A DNA stretch of 64,000 bases. Origin: Pseudomonadota bacterium (GTDB lineage: Bacteria > Pseudomonadota > Gammaproteobacteria > Steroidobacterales > Steroidobacteraceae). Each line of letters opens with the position of its first letter. Within the stretch, counting starts at the first letter, position 1. The notes beneath the pieces were generated by a model. The model worked only from the letters and a program-made list of their open reading frames with translations, was not told the DNA's origin and did not search any database. Both the position numbers and the translations under genes were made by a program. This document shows, piece by piece, positions 8,714-18,573 of this stretch. The DNA is taken from positions 718 to 64,717 of the forward strand of contig JAJZDW010000023.1 in assembly GCA_021851405.1 (NCBI GenBank), read 5' to 3'.

Positions 8714-9421
8714 TCAAGCTGATTCGGCAAGGACCTTGCCGAAGCGCCGTTGGCGGCTGCCGAAGTCCTCGAGTGCCGCGTGCAGCCCGGCTTCGCCGAA
8801 CTCCGGCCACAACGCGTCGGTGAAATAGAGTTCCGCGTAGGCACAATCCCAGAGCAGGAAGTCAGACAGTCGCTGATCGCCGCCGGTTCGGATCAGTAGA
8901 TCAACCGGGCCGGCGTCCCCTGCGGAGTGATCCACCTCGGCGAGCAGCACCTCGAATGCCTCGGCGCTCAGGCTGCGGGTGGCGGCGCGCCGCGCGGCCT
9001 CGAGGATGCTGTGCTTGGACGAATAGTCGACGGCGATGCGCAGTCCCATCCGCGTGCAGTGCGCGGTCAGCTGCTCGCTGGCCTCGATGGCGCGCACCAG
9101 ACCCGATGGCAGCCGATCGCGCCGGCCGATGACGTTGATGCGTACCGAGTTGCGCAGGCAGCGACGCGTTTCGCTCGCGAGATAGCACTGCAGCAGCCGC
9201 AGCAGGGATTCGACTTCGGGGCTCGGCCGGCCCCAGTTGTCCGACGAAAATGCGTACAGCGTCAAGGTGCGAATGCCGGCGCGGGCGCTCGCCTCAACGA
9301 CCCGGCGCACCATTTTCGCGCCCTGCACGTGTCCGGCGCTGCGCGGCAGGCCGCGGCGCTGAGCCCAGCGGCCGTTGCCGTCCATGATGATGGCGACGTG
9401 AAATTTCCCCGTTGCGCTCAT
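8714..9421 (-). CDS. uppS: isoprenyl transferase (undecaprenyl-diphosphate synthase family cis-prenyltransferase)
   Basis: 235 aa with motifs [23 protein letters not shown] and [15 protein letters not shown]. Its start overlaps the upstream regulator gene by 4 nt. Confidence 0.85.
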   Translation of the reverse strand: MSATGKFHVAIIMDGNGRWAQRRGLPRSAGHVQGAKMVRRVVEASARAGIRTLTLYAFSSDNWGRPSPEVESLLRLLQCYLASETRRCLRNSVRINVIGRRDRLPSGLVRAIEASEQLTAHCTRMGLRIAVDYSSKHSILEAARRAATRSLSAEAFEVLLAEVDHSAGDAGPVDLLIRTGGDQRLSDFLLWDCAYAELYFTDALWPEFGEAGLHAALEDFGSRQRRFGKVLAESA

Positions 9422-9798
9422 GAGCGTCTCGTGGCCTTGATCACCGCTTCGATGTGATCGAGATAACGGTACAGGGCGTGGCGGCCCGCTGGCGTGAGCC
9501 GATACTCGGATTTCGGGCGCCGTCCCGCGAACGACTTCTCACACTGGATGTAGCCGGCTTCCTCGAGCTTGCGCGCATGCGCGCTCAAATTCCCGTCGCT
9601 GACGTCAAACAGGGCCTTCAATTCATTGAAGGTCAGCTGCTCGTTGACCGCCAGTGCGCTCATGATCCCGAGCCGGACGCGCTCATAAACGAGGCGATCG
9701 AATTTCGTGTCGGCCGCGCCCGCGGCCGTATGCGGTGTGCTCTTCTCCCGGAGCGGTTCGCTCAACGGCGCTTCGTTGCGGTGGGTGTTCGCTTTCAT
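9418..9798 (-). CDS. winged-helix transcriptional regulator (ArsR/HTH_34-like)
   Basis: 126 aa with the wHTH segment [43 protein letters not shown]. It has 4-nt overlaps with both neighbours. Confidence 0.7.
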   Translation of the reverse strand: MKANTHRNEAPLSEPLREKSTPHTAAGAADTKFDRLVYERVRLGIMSALAVNEQLTFNELKALFDVSDGNLSAHARKLEEAGYIQCEKSFAGRRPKSEYRLTPAGRHALYRYLDHIEAVIKATRRS

Positions 9799-10409
9799 GC
9801 GGCCGCCTCCGCGCGTGCATCAAGGCGCCCGATCAGCAGCCCGAACACCAGATGCAGCAGCCCAAAGCCCCCGCCCAGCACCACGTTGTGCCATCCCGGG
9901 GGGAGCTCATACGCGACGACGCCGAGCACGACGAACAGAGCGCCCATGGCCCCGATCAGGCGCATCATCACCGGTGCGGTGAGCAGAGTGGCGGACAGGA
10001 CGGCGCTGCCGTAGAGCAGCAGCCAAGTGCCGGGAATCAGCCGCGCCTCACCCGCGCGATACAGCACCGCGGTCAGGATCCCACCCGTGAACAGCGCCGG
10101 CACCAGACACAGCACGAATCGTCGCGCCGGACCGCGGTACAGCGGCAGACCCGTGCCCGAGCGGTGGCGTGCGATCAGGACGACCCCGAGGCCGGCCCCG
10201 AGCACGCTGGCGAGCAACCAGATCGGCAGCCAGTGCGGGGCGAGTCGCGGCACGGAGGCCAGCCCCGCCGTGGCGAGGCCCACCAGCCCCATGGCCACCC
10301 CCGCCGTGCCGGGCACGGCAAACGCGCCGGCCGCTTCGATCGAGGCGCGGATGTAGTTCAGCGTTCCGAGCGCGTGGCTGTCCATGGCCACCGGGGAATT
10401 CGATCGCAT
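9795..10409 (-). CDS. integral membrane protein, unknown function
   Basis: 204 aa with about six hydrophobic helices. It is the first gene of the membrane-protein / wHTH / uppS unit. The start may be the internal Met (MDSHALG). Confidence 0.6.
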   Translation of the reverse strand: MRSNSPVAMDSHALGTLNYIRASIEAAGAFAVPGTAGVAMGLVGLATAGLASVPRLAPHWLPIWLLASVLGAGLGVVLIARHRSGTGLPLYRGPARRFVLCLVPALFTGGILTAVLYRAGEARLIPGTWLLLYGSAVLSATLLTAPVMMRLIGAMGALFVVLGVVAYELPPGWHNVVLGGGFGLLHLVFGLLIGRLDARAEAAA

Positions 10410-10473
10410 CGGAGTGGTTTGGCCGAAACAGATGGAGGCAATACTTTAGTCACGCGCTTCGTATCCGTCAAGT

Positions 10474-10490
10474 ACTCTGCATTGCAGAGT
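10474..10490. promoter_or_regulatory. 17-bp palindrome in the divergent intergenic region (candidate operator)
   Basis: actctgca-t-tgcagagt has perfect 8-bp arms. It lies between the membrane/wHTH/uppS unit and emrA. Confidence 0.4.
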
Positions 10491-10561
10491 TAAGGAATGT
10501 CGAGCTCTCGGCAGCGGCAGGACAAACGGGCCGCAGTGAACGTAAGATATATTCCATCGCC

Positions 10562-11707
10562 ATGGATTCGACGAACACCTCCTCCGGCCGAGATGGACGG
10601 CCCGAAGACCCGGCAGCACCGGCGGCACCCGCAGCGCACGCCGGCAGTCCGGCAGCGCCCACACAGCCCGCTGCGGCGCCGCGCCAAGGTCGCCGTGCGA
10701 CGGTCATGATCGCCGGCATCGTGGTGCTCGCGGTGATCGTGATCGTGAGCCTCTTCGCCTGGTGGTACGAAAGCCACTTCCTCACGACCGAAGATGCGTT
10801 CATCGATACGCGCATCGTGGCCGTTGCCCCGCGTGTGGCCGGTCAGGTGGTCGGCGTGCCCGTCACGGACAACCAGCGGGTGGCCACCGGCCAAGTGGTG
10901 GCGCAAATCGACCCGACGCCCTATCAGGTCGCGCTGCAGAAGTCACTCGCGGCCGAGCGGCTCGCCCAGACCGGACTCGCCCAGGCGCGCGCCAACATCG
11001 TGGTGGCACAGGCCGGCGTGCAGCAGGCGCGGGCCGCATACATCAGCGCTGCGGCCCAGGCGGCCAATGCCCGCGCCAACCTCACGCGCTACCGATTTCT
11101 GCATCGGCGCAACGCCAAGGCCGTCGCCCGGACCCAGATGGATCAGGTGAGGACCGCTGCACGCAGCGCGAGCGCCGAAGCGCTCGCCGCCCTGAAGCGT
11201 GTGAGTGGGGCCCGGGCGCAGATCGCAGCGGCGCGCGCCGCACTCGCCGGCGCCGTCGCCCGCGTGGCCAGTGCGCACGCCGAAGTCAAATCGACCCGGC
11301 TCGACCTGAGTTACACCACCGTGCGGGCCGCGCAGGCGGGGTACGTCACCCAGAAGTCCGTTGCGGTCGGCAACTATGTCGGACCGGGCCAAGAGCTCAT
11401 GGCGATCGTCCCGCAGCAGATGTGGGTCACGGCCAACTTCAAAGAGACGGACCTGAGTCTGATCCATCCCGGACAGCGCGTGAGCATCAACATCGACGCG
11501 TGCCCAAATGCCAAGGTGCATGGGCATGTCGTTTCGATCCAGCGCGGTTCGGGCGAGGCGTTCGATCTGCTACCGCCGCAGAACGCCACCGGCAACTACG
11601 TCAAGATCGTGCAGCGCGTGCCGGTGCGGATTGACTTCGACAGGTTGCCGCCGCACTGCGTGATCGGGCCCGGCATGTCGGTCGAGCCGGATATCAGGGT
11701 CAACTGA
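10562..11707 (+). CDS. emrA: HlyD/EmrA-family membrane fusion protein
   Basis: 381 aa from ATG 10562, with one N-terminal TM helix (VMIAGIVVLAVIVIVSLFAWW), barrel-sandwich and coiled-coil segments, and an EmrA-like C-terminus (NYVKIVQRVPVRI). Confidence 0.85.
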   Translation: MDSTNTSSGRDGRPEDPAAPAAPAAHAGSPAAPTQPAAAPRQGRRATVMIAGIVVLAVIVIVSLFAWWYESHFLTTEDAFIDTRIVAVAPRVAGQVVGVPVTDNQRVATGQVVAQIDPTPYQVALQKSLAAERLAQTGLAQARANIVVAQAGVQQARAAYISAAAQAANARANLTRYRFLHRRNAKAVARTQMDQVRTAARSASAEALAALKRVSGARAQIAAARAALAGAVARVASAHAEVKSTRLDLSYTTVRAAQAGYVTQKSVAVGNYVGPGQELMAIVPQQMWVTANFKETDLSLIHPGQRVSINIDACPNAKVHGHVVSIQRGSGEAFDLLPPQNATGNYVKIVQRVPVRIDFDRLPPHCVIGPGMSVEPDIRVN

Positions 11708-11708
11708 G

Positions 11709-13349
11709 ATGGCGCCGTCCGCTGGCGAGGGCACGGCCGCCCATATCTGGACGCCCGCCCGCTCCGCCGCGGGGCGGCACAGTCCATGGCTGATCGCGAT
11801 CATCATCTCGATATCGGCCTTCATGGAGGTCCTCGATACCGCGATCGCCAACGTCTCGCTGCGCCACATCGCCGGCTCCCTGGCGGTCAGCTACGACCAG
11901 GCGACCTGGGTACTGACGACCTACCTGGTGGCCAATGCCGTGGTCATCCCCATGAGCAGTTGGTTGAGCGATGTCTTCGGCCGCAAACGCTACTACATGT
12001 TCAGCGTCGCTCTGTTTACGCTCTCCTCGTTATGTTGCGGCCTTGCCACGTCGCTGCCGATCCTGATCATCTCGCGAGTGGCGCAGGGCCTGGGGGGCGG
12101 TGGTCTGCAGCCGAACACCCAGGCGATGCTGGTCGACTCATTTCCGCCCGCCTCCAGAGGCAAGGCGATGGCGGTCTACGGGTTCACCGTGATCCTCGCC
12201 CCGATGCTCGGGCCGCTGCTCGGCGGCGTCATCACTGACCGATTTTCCTGGCACTGGATCTTCCTGATCAATGTGCCGATCGGTCTGCTGTCGCTCGCTC
12301 TGGTCAGCGCCTTCGTCGATGAGCCGCCGCTGCTCGTCAAGGAGCGCCGCGAGCGCTGGCGGCGTGGAATCCATTTCGACTTTCCGGGAGCCATGCTGAT
12401 CGCCCTCGGTTTGGGCTTCCTCGAGATCATGACCGATCGGGGCGTTCAGGATGACTGGTTTGGCAGTTCGCTGATTCGCATTGCGGCCCTGACCGCGGCC
12501 GTCTGCATCGCCGGCTTCGTCATCTGGGAATTGTGGACTCCGCGGCCGCTGCTCGACATGCGTTTATTCAAGCATCGAAATTTCGCCGCGGGTTCGCTCA
12601 TAGTCATGGTCATCGGCGTGATCCTGTTCGGCACGACTCAATTCGTGCCGCAACTCGTTCAGCAGGTGCTCGGTTACACGGCCACCGAGGCGGGTTTGGT
12701 GCTGACGTTCGGCGGTATGATCACGGTGGTGACGATGCCGCTCGCCGGGGTTCTCAGCGGGCGCGTGCAGCCGCGTGTGCTCATGGGAATTGCGTTCCCG
12801 GTCATCGCCGTGTCGTTGTGGATGATGTCTCATTTCACGGTGAACGAAACGTTTGCACAGATCGCGATCGCTCGCGCCTGGCAATCCGGTGCCATTCCGT
12901 TTCTATTCGTGCCGCTGATGAGCGCCGCGTACATCGGCATTCCGCCGCAGCGCACCGGCAATGCCACTGCGATCATCAACGTCGCGCGCAATCTCGGCGG
13001 CAGCGTCGGCATCGGCATGGTCCAGGCGCTGTTTGCCCGCCGCCAGCAGTTTCACCAGGCGCGCATGGTGAGCGCTCTGCAGCCGCTCAACCCAATTTAC
13101 GAGCACACGGTTCGGACCCTCGCGCGCGCGTTCGCAGCTCGTGGCGCCGCGCCTGGCGCATCGCTGCACATGGCCACCGCGGAGATCTACGCGCTGATGC
13201 AGCGGCAGGCGCTGATGATGTCCTTCGCGGACGTGTTTCGCGCCCTGATGCTGTTCGTGCTGGTCATCTCGCCCATTCTCCTGCTGCTGAAGTCCGGGCC
13301 CACCGAACACCGCAGCGGTGCGGCGGCGATGGGGGAAGCGCTAGGCTGA
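11709..13349 (+). CDS. emrB: DHA2-family MFS efflux permease (EmrB/QacA type)
   Basis: 546 aa with a 14-TMS pattern, LDTAIANVSLRHIAG and GRKRYYMF motifs. It starts 2 nt after the emrA stop. Confidence 0.85.
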   Translation: MAPSAGEGTAAHIWTPARSAAGRHSPWLIAIIISISAFMEVLDTAIANVSLRHIAGSLAVSYDQATWVLTTYLVANAVVIPMSSWLSDVFGRKRYYMFSVALFTLSSLCCGLATSLPILIISRVAQGLGGGGLQPNTQAMLVDSFPPASRGKAMAVYGFTVILAPMLGPLLGGVITDRFSWHWIFLINVPIGLLSLALVSAFVDEPPLLVKERRERWRRGIHFDFPGAMLIALGLGFLEIMTDRGVQDDWFGSSLIRIAALTAAVCIAGFVIWELWTPRPLLDMRLFKHRNFAAGSLIVMVIGVILFGTTQFVPQLVQQVLGYTATEAGLVLTFGGMITVVTMPLAGVLSGRVQPRVLMGIAFPVIAVSLWMMSHFTVNETFAQIAIARAWQSGAIPFLFVPLMSAAYIGIPPQRTGNATAIINVARNLGGSVGIGMVQALFARRQQFHQARMVSALQPLNPIYEHTVRTLARAFAARGAAPGASLHMATAEIYALMQRQALMMSFADVFRALMLFVLVISPILLLLKSGPTEHRSGAAAMGEALG

Positions 13350-14617
13350 TGGCCCTGACCCTGGAAGACGCGCTGCAGCGCGACGCTGATGACCCGCTCC
13401 GCCCGCTGCGGGCACGGTTCGCGCTGCCGCGGGCTGCAGACGGCGAACCGTTCATTTATCTGTGCGGACATTCCCTGGGTTTGATGCCGCTCGCAGCACG
13501 CGCCGACATGGCGGCCGCCCTCGACGACTGGGCACACTGGGCGGTGCTCGGCCACGAGCAGGGCGAGCGACCATGGATCACGTATCACGATGCACTCGCC
13601 GCACCGAGCGCAGAGCTGCTCGGCTGCCGCACCGAAGAAATTGCGATCATGAACTCCCTCAGCGTCAATCTGCAGTTGATGCTGGCGAGTTTCTATCGTC
13701 CCGCGGGGCAGCGACGCTGCATTGCAATCGAAGCGGGCGCGTTTCCGTCGGACCGTTACGCCGCCGCGACGCACCTGCAGTGGCATGGTCTCGATCCGGC
13801 CGATGCGCTCATCGAGATCGCGCCCCCAGAGGGGCAGGAGTGCGTGCGCGAGGAGGACATCGAGGCGCTGCTCGCGCGGCGCGGTGAGCAGATCGCGCTC
13901 GTGCTCTGGCCGGGCGTTCAATATCTCACCGGTCAGGCCTTTGACCTGGGGCGCGTGGCGCGCGCGGCGCGCGCAGCCGGCGCGCTGTTCGGGGTCGACC
14001 TGGCGCATTCGGTCGGCAACATGCCTCTGCCGCTGCGCGCACTCGATGCGGACTTCGCAGTCTGGTGCAGCTACAAATATCTCAACGCCGGTCCCGGTGC
14101 GGTCGGTGGCTGTTTCGTACATCAGCGGCACTTTGATGCGGCCCGGCCGCGGCTCGCAGGGTGGTGGGGGCATGAGCTGCAAACGCGCTTCCGCATGCCG
14201 CAGGCGTTCAGCGCCGCGTACGGTGCGGCCGGCTTCCAGCTCAGCAATCAGTCGGTGTTCGGGGCTGCGCCGCTGATCGCCTCGCTCGGCCTGTTCCGTG
14301 AGGCCGGTGCGCGGCGACTGCGCGAGAAGTCGCTCGCCCTCGGCGGGTTCTTCGCCGAGCTCCTCGCGGTGCACGCCCCGCAGGTGCGCATCATTACGCC
14401 GCGCGAGCCGGCCGCGCATGGCGCGCAGCTGTCGCTGCGCATCGGAGCCGATCCGGCGCGGGCGAAGCGCATCTTTCAGTGGCTCACGGCGCACGGGGCG
14501 ATTTGCGACTGGCGTGAACCGGACATCATCCGTGCCGCGCCCGCGCCGCTCTACAACAGCTTCGCCGATGTGTTTGCCTTCGTGATGCGCCTCGCCGAGG
14601 CGCTGCGCGCCGCATGA
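13349..14617 (+). CDS. kynU: kynureninase
   Basis: 422 aa from ATG 13349, which shares one nucleotide with the emrB stop (TGATG). Motifs are YLCGHSLGLMP and the PLP-lysine segment WCSYKYLNAGPGAVGG. Confidence 0.9.
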   Translation: MALTLEDALQRDADDPLRPLRARFALPRAADGEPFIYLCGHSLGLMPLAARADMAAALDDWAHWAVLGHEQGERPWITYHDALAAPSAELLGCRTEEIAIMNSLSVNLQLMLASFYRPAGQRRCIAIEAGAFPSDRYAAATHLQWHGLDPADALIEIAPPEGQECVREEDIEALLARRGEQIALVLWPGVQYLTGQAFDLGRVARAARAAGALFGVDLAHSVGNMPLPLRALDADFAVWCSYKYLNAGPGAVGGCFVHQRHFDAARPRLAGWWGHELQTRFRMPQAFSAAYGAAGFQLSNQSVFGAAPLIASLGLFREAGARRLREKSLALGGFFAELLAVHAPQVRIITPREPAAHGAQLSLRIGADPARAKRIFQWLTAHGAICDWREPDIIRAAPAPLYNSFADVFAFVMRLAEALRAA

Positions 14618-15996
14618 GCGCGGCGCGCCAGCGTACCGTCGCAGTCATCGGCGCGGGGCTGACCGGTCCGCTGCTGGGGCTGATGCTGGCGCGGCGCGGG
14701 TTGGCGGTCACGCTGCTCGAGCGCCGGCCTGATCCGCGCCGCAGTGCGGCCGACGGCGGGCGCTCGATCAATCTGGCGTTGGCGGCGCGCGGCATGCGGC
14801 CGCTGGCGCGCGCCGGCGTGCTGCAGCAGGTCGAGCCGTTCCTACTGCCGATGCGCGGGCGCATGGTGCACGAGTTGTCTGCCGCGCCCGTGCTGCAGCG
14901 GTACGGACAGCGCTCGCAGGAAGTCATTTACTCCATCGGGCGCGCCGCGCTGAATCGAGTCCTCATCGAGGCGGCCGAGCAGGCCGGCGTGACGGTGCGC
15001 TTCGAGCATCGGTGTCTCGGTCTTCACGGTCAGGCGCTGCGGTGCACGGATGAGCGCTCGGGCCGCACGTTCGACCTGGAGTGCGAGACGGCGATTGCGG
15101 CCGATGGGGCCGGCTCGCCGGTGCGCGAGAGTCTCGCGCGCAGCGGCGCCTGTGCCGTGCGGATCGAGTCGCTCGGGCACGACTACAAGGAAATGTCGCT
15201 GCCGGCGCTGCCCGGGGGTGCCCACGCGCTCGACCCGGCGGCGTTGCACGTCTGGCCGCGCGGCGGGTTCATGCTGATCGCACTGCCGAATCCCGACGGC
15301 ACCTTCACGCTGACGCTGTTTCTGGCGCGTTCCGGTGAGCAGAGTTTCGCAGCGCTCAGCGACGACGCGGCGCTCGGGCAATTCTTCGCCGCGCAGTTTC
15401 CCGATCTCGCCGCGTATCACGCCGGACTGTGTGCGGATTTTCGCCGCAATCCCCAGGGACAGCTCGCCACCGTGCATGCGCGCGGCTGGCACCTCGGCGG
15501 ACGAGTGCTGCTGCTCGGGGATGCTGCGCACGCCATCGTGCCGTTTCACGGTCAGGGCATGAACGCCGGCTTCGAAGATTGCGCGCTGCTCGATGAGCTG
15601 CTCGAGGCCGGGGGGGACTGGGCTGAGCTCTACGCCCGCTTCGAGGCGGCTCGCCGCCCGAGTACCGAGGCGATCGCGCACATGGCGCTGGAGAACTACC
15701 GCGAGATGCGCGAGCAGGTGCGCGACCCCCAATTCCAGCGTCTCAAGCGTCTTGCCTTCGAGCTCGAGCAGCGCTTCCCTGAGCGCTTCATTCCCCGCTA
15801 CTCGATGGTGATGTTCCACCCGGAGATCTCCTATCTGCAGGCACTGCGTCGCGGGGAGGTTCAGGCGGGAATTCTCGAGCGGCTCGAACGGGAGCGCACT
15901 GCCGATGGCGGCCTGGATGCCGCCCTGGCCGAGGCGCTCGTGCGTGAGCACCTGCCGCCGCTCGGCAGCCGAGACCCGGACCGGCGGACCGGCTAG
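14614..15996 (+). CDS. kmo: kynurenine 3-monooxygenase (FAD-dependent)
   Basis: 460 aa with FAD fingerprint VAVIGAGLTGPLLG and GDAAHAIVPFHGQGMNAGFED. It has an ATGA overlap with kynU. Confidence 0.85.
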   Translation: MSAARQRTVAVIGAGLTGPLLGLMLARRGLAVTLLERRPDPRRSAADGGRSINLALAARGMRPLARAGVLQQVEPFLLPMRGRMVHELSAAPVLQRYGQRSQEVIYSIGRAALNRVLIEAAEQAGVTVRFEHRCLGLHGQALRCTDERSGRTFDLECETAIAADGAGSPVRESLARSGACAVRIESLGHDYKEMSLPALPGGAHALDPAALHVWPRGGFMLIALPNPDGTFTLTLFLARSGEQSFAALSDDAALGQFFAAQFPDLAAYHAGLCADFRRNPQGQLATVHARGWHLGGRVLLLGDAAHAIVPFHGQGMNAGFEDCALLDELLEAGGDWAELYARFEAARRPSTEAIAHMALENYREMREQVRDPQFQRLKRLAFELEQRFPERFIPRYSMVMFHPEISYLQALRRGEVQAGILERLERERTADGGLDAALAEALVREHLPPLGSRDPDRRTG

Positions 15997-16007
15997 AATC
16001 CCACCCC

Positions 16008-16337
16008 ATGAACCGAGTGACGACAGACGGGGTCATCGAGTATGTACCCCAGGACGTGCAGAGCCTGCTCGATGAGGGCCGGATCCTGTTGATTGACGTG
16101 CGCGAGCCGGACGAGTACGCCCAGGAGCGTATTCCCGGGGCGCTGCTGTATCCGCTCTCGACGTTCGATGCGGCGCATCTGCCGGTCGATGGTGCGCGCG
16201 CCGTCGTGTTCCACTGCGCTGCCGGCGGCCGTTCGTTGACGGCGGCCCGGCTGCGCAAGGCAACTGGTCAGCAGGCCGCGCACATGGCCGGCGGCATCGC
16301 GGCATGGAAGGCCCTCGGCCTACCGACCGTCAGCTGA
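16008..16337 (+). CDS. rhodanese-like sulfurtransferase domain protein
   Basis: 109 aa with the active-site loop FHCAAGGRS. Confidence 0.8.
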   Translation: MNRVTTDGVIEYVPQDVQSLLDEGRILLIDVREPDEYAQERIPGALLYPLSTFDAAHLPVDGARAVVFHCAAGGRSLTAARLRKATGQQAAHMAGGIAAWKALGLPTVS

Positions 16338-17032
16338 CGACGCTGCGGTTGAACGGCAGCGACCACCCGCGAGCGATCCGCTCTTTCGTGACCCGCGCCG
16401 GGCGCATCACGCCCGCACAGGAGCGTGCGCTCGAGACGCTGTGGCCGAAATATGGGCTGGAGCCTCAGGGACCGCTCGATCTGGATGACGTGTTCGGTCG
16501 CGCCGCACCGCGCACGGTGGAAGTCGGGTTCGGCAACGGGGAGAACCTGTTCGCGCTCGCCGCGGCGCATCCGGAGCGCGACTATCTCGGCATCGAAGTG
16601 CACCGACCTGGCGTCGGCCGGGTACTGCTGGCGCTCGAGGAACGCTCGCTCAGTAACGTGCGGGTCATCTGCCACGATGCCGTCGAAGTGCTGGAACGGC
16701 ATCTGCCGCCGGCAAGCCTCGAGGAGATACTGGTGCTCTTTCCGGATCCCTGGCCGAAGAAGCGGCACCACAAGCGGCGCTTGATCCAGTCGCCATTCGT
16801 CGCCCTGCTGGCCGAGCGCCTCAAGCCCGGCGGCCGGGTGCATCTGGCCACGGACTGGTCGGCCTACGCCGAGGAAATGCTCACCGTACTCGGCGCTGAG
16901 ACGCGGCTGCGCAATCTCTCGCCGACGGGGACGTTCGTGTCCCGTCCCGAGGAGCGCGCCGCGACGCGCTTCGAGCGGCGCGGTGAGCGGCTCGGGCACG
17001 GGGTGTGGGACCTGGACTTCGTGCGGATCTGA
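16304..17032 (+). CDS. trmB: tRNA (guanine46-N7)-methyltransferase
   Basis: Motifs are IRSFVTRAGRITPAQ, VEVGFGNGE and LFPDPWPKKRHHKRR. The start is uncertain; ATG 16304 overlaps the rhodanese gene. Confidence 0.85.
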   Translation: MEGPRPTDRQLTTLRLNGSDHPRAIRSFVTRAGRITPAQERALETLWPKYGLEPQGPLDLDDVFGRAAPRTVEVGFGNGENLFALAAAHPERDYLGIEVHRPGVGRVLLALEERSLSNVRVICHDAVEVLERHLPPASLEEILVLFPDPWPKKRHHKRRLIQSPFVALLAERLKPGGRVHLATDWSAYAEEMLTVLGAETRLRNLSPTGTFVSRPEERAATRFERRGERLGHGVWDLDFVRI

Positions 17033-17052
17033 GGTCGCGCCGGGGCGGCGAA

Positions 17053-17691
17053 TCAGCCTGTGTGCAGCAGGAATACCGTGCGCAGACCGTCGATCACGAA
17101 CTGCACGGCGAGCGCCCCGAGGACCACGCCGAACAGCCGGCCGGCGACGTTGACGCCCGTCACGCCGATGACGCTCATCAGCGGCTCGGCGAGCCACATG
17201 ATCACCAGGGAAATCGCCAGCACCACCAGCACCGCCAGAAACAGGCTGAGGAACACCAGCGGGTGGCGGAACAGCGGCACCGGACCGAACCACAGCAGCA
17301 CGGTGGCGAGTGCGCCGGGACCGGAAATGAACGGGAACGCGAGCGGCACGACCGAGATGTCCGCGCGCCGCTGACTCTCGGCCTGCTCATCGGTGCTGGT
17401 GCGGCTGCCGGATTCGCGCGCGAACACCATCTCGAGCGCCAGCAGGAACAGCAGCACTCCGCCGAAGATGCGAAACGCGCCGAGGCTGATGCCCATCAGG
17501 GCGAGGAACGGTGCACCGACCAGGGCGAAGAACGCCAGAATCAGTGCCGCGATCACGGTCGCCTTGATCGCCATGCGATGGCGGTACTCGCGCGTGGCAC
17601 CCTGGGTCAGGCCGCTGAAGATCGGCAGCAGCGAGATCGGTTCCACCACGGCGAAGAACACCACGAAAAACTTCAGCGGCTCCTGGAACAT
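17053..17691 (-). CDS. MarC family (UPF0056) membrane protein
   Basis: 212 aa from ATG 17691 (MFQEPLKFFVVFFAVVEPI...PLAFPFISGPGA). The upstream part of the track ORF is rejected. Confidence 0.8.
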   Translation of the reverse strand: MFQEPLKFFVVFFAVVEPISLLPIFSGLTQGATREYRHRMAIKATVIAALILAFFALVGAPFLALMGISLGAFRIFGGVLLFLLALEMVFARESGSRTSTDEQAESQRRADISVVPLAFPFISGPGALATVLLWFGPVPLFRHPLVFLSLFLAVLVVLAISLVIMWLAEPLMSVIGVTGVNVAGRLFGVVLGALAVQFVIDGLRTVFLLHTG

Positions 17692-17874
17692 CGGCGGTGG
17701 ATTGCGGTTTTCCCGTTCTTGAAAGGGGGGCGTGCGAGGCGCACCATGTGAAACGTCCCTCGCCCGGCGGCCGCAGGATACCAGCTTCGCGGCGCTTCGG
17801 GCGCCCAGAGCGGTCCGCTCATCGGGCCGAAGTTGCGCGGCGCTGCGGGGACGGCGCGCACCGGAGGTCTGCCC

Positions 17875-18186
17875 ATGGTCGCTCCTCAGCCGAGAATCGG
17901 TGACTGGTACCGCGTCAGCGGCGGCGAACTGTTTGAGGTCGTCGCAGTCGACGATGACGATGCGACCATCGACATCCAGCATTTCGACGGGACCGTCGCG
18001 GAGATGGACCGGGAAGACTGGGAGTCGCAATGGGAGGAGGGGGCCCTCGAGGCCGCCGAGGCGCCCGAGGACTGGAGCGGTTCGGTCGACGTCGACACCG
18101 AAGATGAGAACGGCGGCGGGGAGTCGGCCGGCGACGACACGACGCTGCGGGCCAGTGCGCTCGAGGGGCTCGACCTGTTCGAGTGA
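17875..18186 (+). CDS. small highly acidic hypothetical protein
   Basis: 103 aa from ATG 17875 (MVAPQPRIGDWYRVSGGELFEVVAVDDDDATIDIQHFDG...). The C-terminal half is very rich in D and E. Confidence 0.55.
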   Translation: MVAPQPRIGDWYRVSGGELFEVVAVDDDDATIDIQHFDGTVAEMDREDWESQWEEGALEAAEAPEDWSGSVDVDTEDENGGGESAGDDTTLRASALEGLDLFE

Positions 18187-18573
18187 TCAGAGTGAGGCGA
18201 GCGCCTCGAGGTCTGCCTGCGGCCCGAGCAGCACGAGTCCGTCGCGGACCTCCAGCGCAATCGCACGCAGCGCCTGGCCGGCGCAGGGACCGGCGATGCA
18301 CCGCCCGCCCTCTTTCTCGAACAACGCGCCGTGGGAGGCGCACACGATCAGCGCGCCGTCGGGTGTGAGGAAGTGGTTCGGCCGCAAATCCAGCGGGTGG
18401 CCGGCATGCGGGCAGTGATTGACGTAGGCGCGGACCTCGGTGCCGCTGCGCACCACGAAGCCGCGCAGCGGCCAGTCCCCGCCGCCGACGCGGAAGGCGC
18501 GCGCGCCGGTCTCCTGCAGATCCGTCAGGCGGCAGATCACCCGCTCCAGATCGATCTCATCCGCCGCCGGCAT
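18187..18573 (-). CDS. Rieske (2Fe-2S) domain protein
   Basis: 128 aa from ATG 18573 with Rieske ligand motifs CPHAGHP ... CASHGALF. Confidence 0.85.
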   Translation of the reverse strand: MPAADEIDLERVICRLTDLQETGARAFRVGGGDWPLRGFVVRSGTEVRAYVNHCPHAGHPLDLRPNHFLTPDGALIVCASHGALFEKEGGRCIAGPCAGQALRAIALEVRDGLVLLGPQADLEALASL

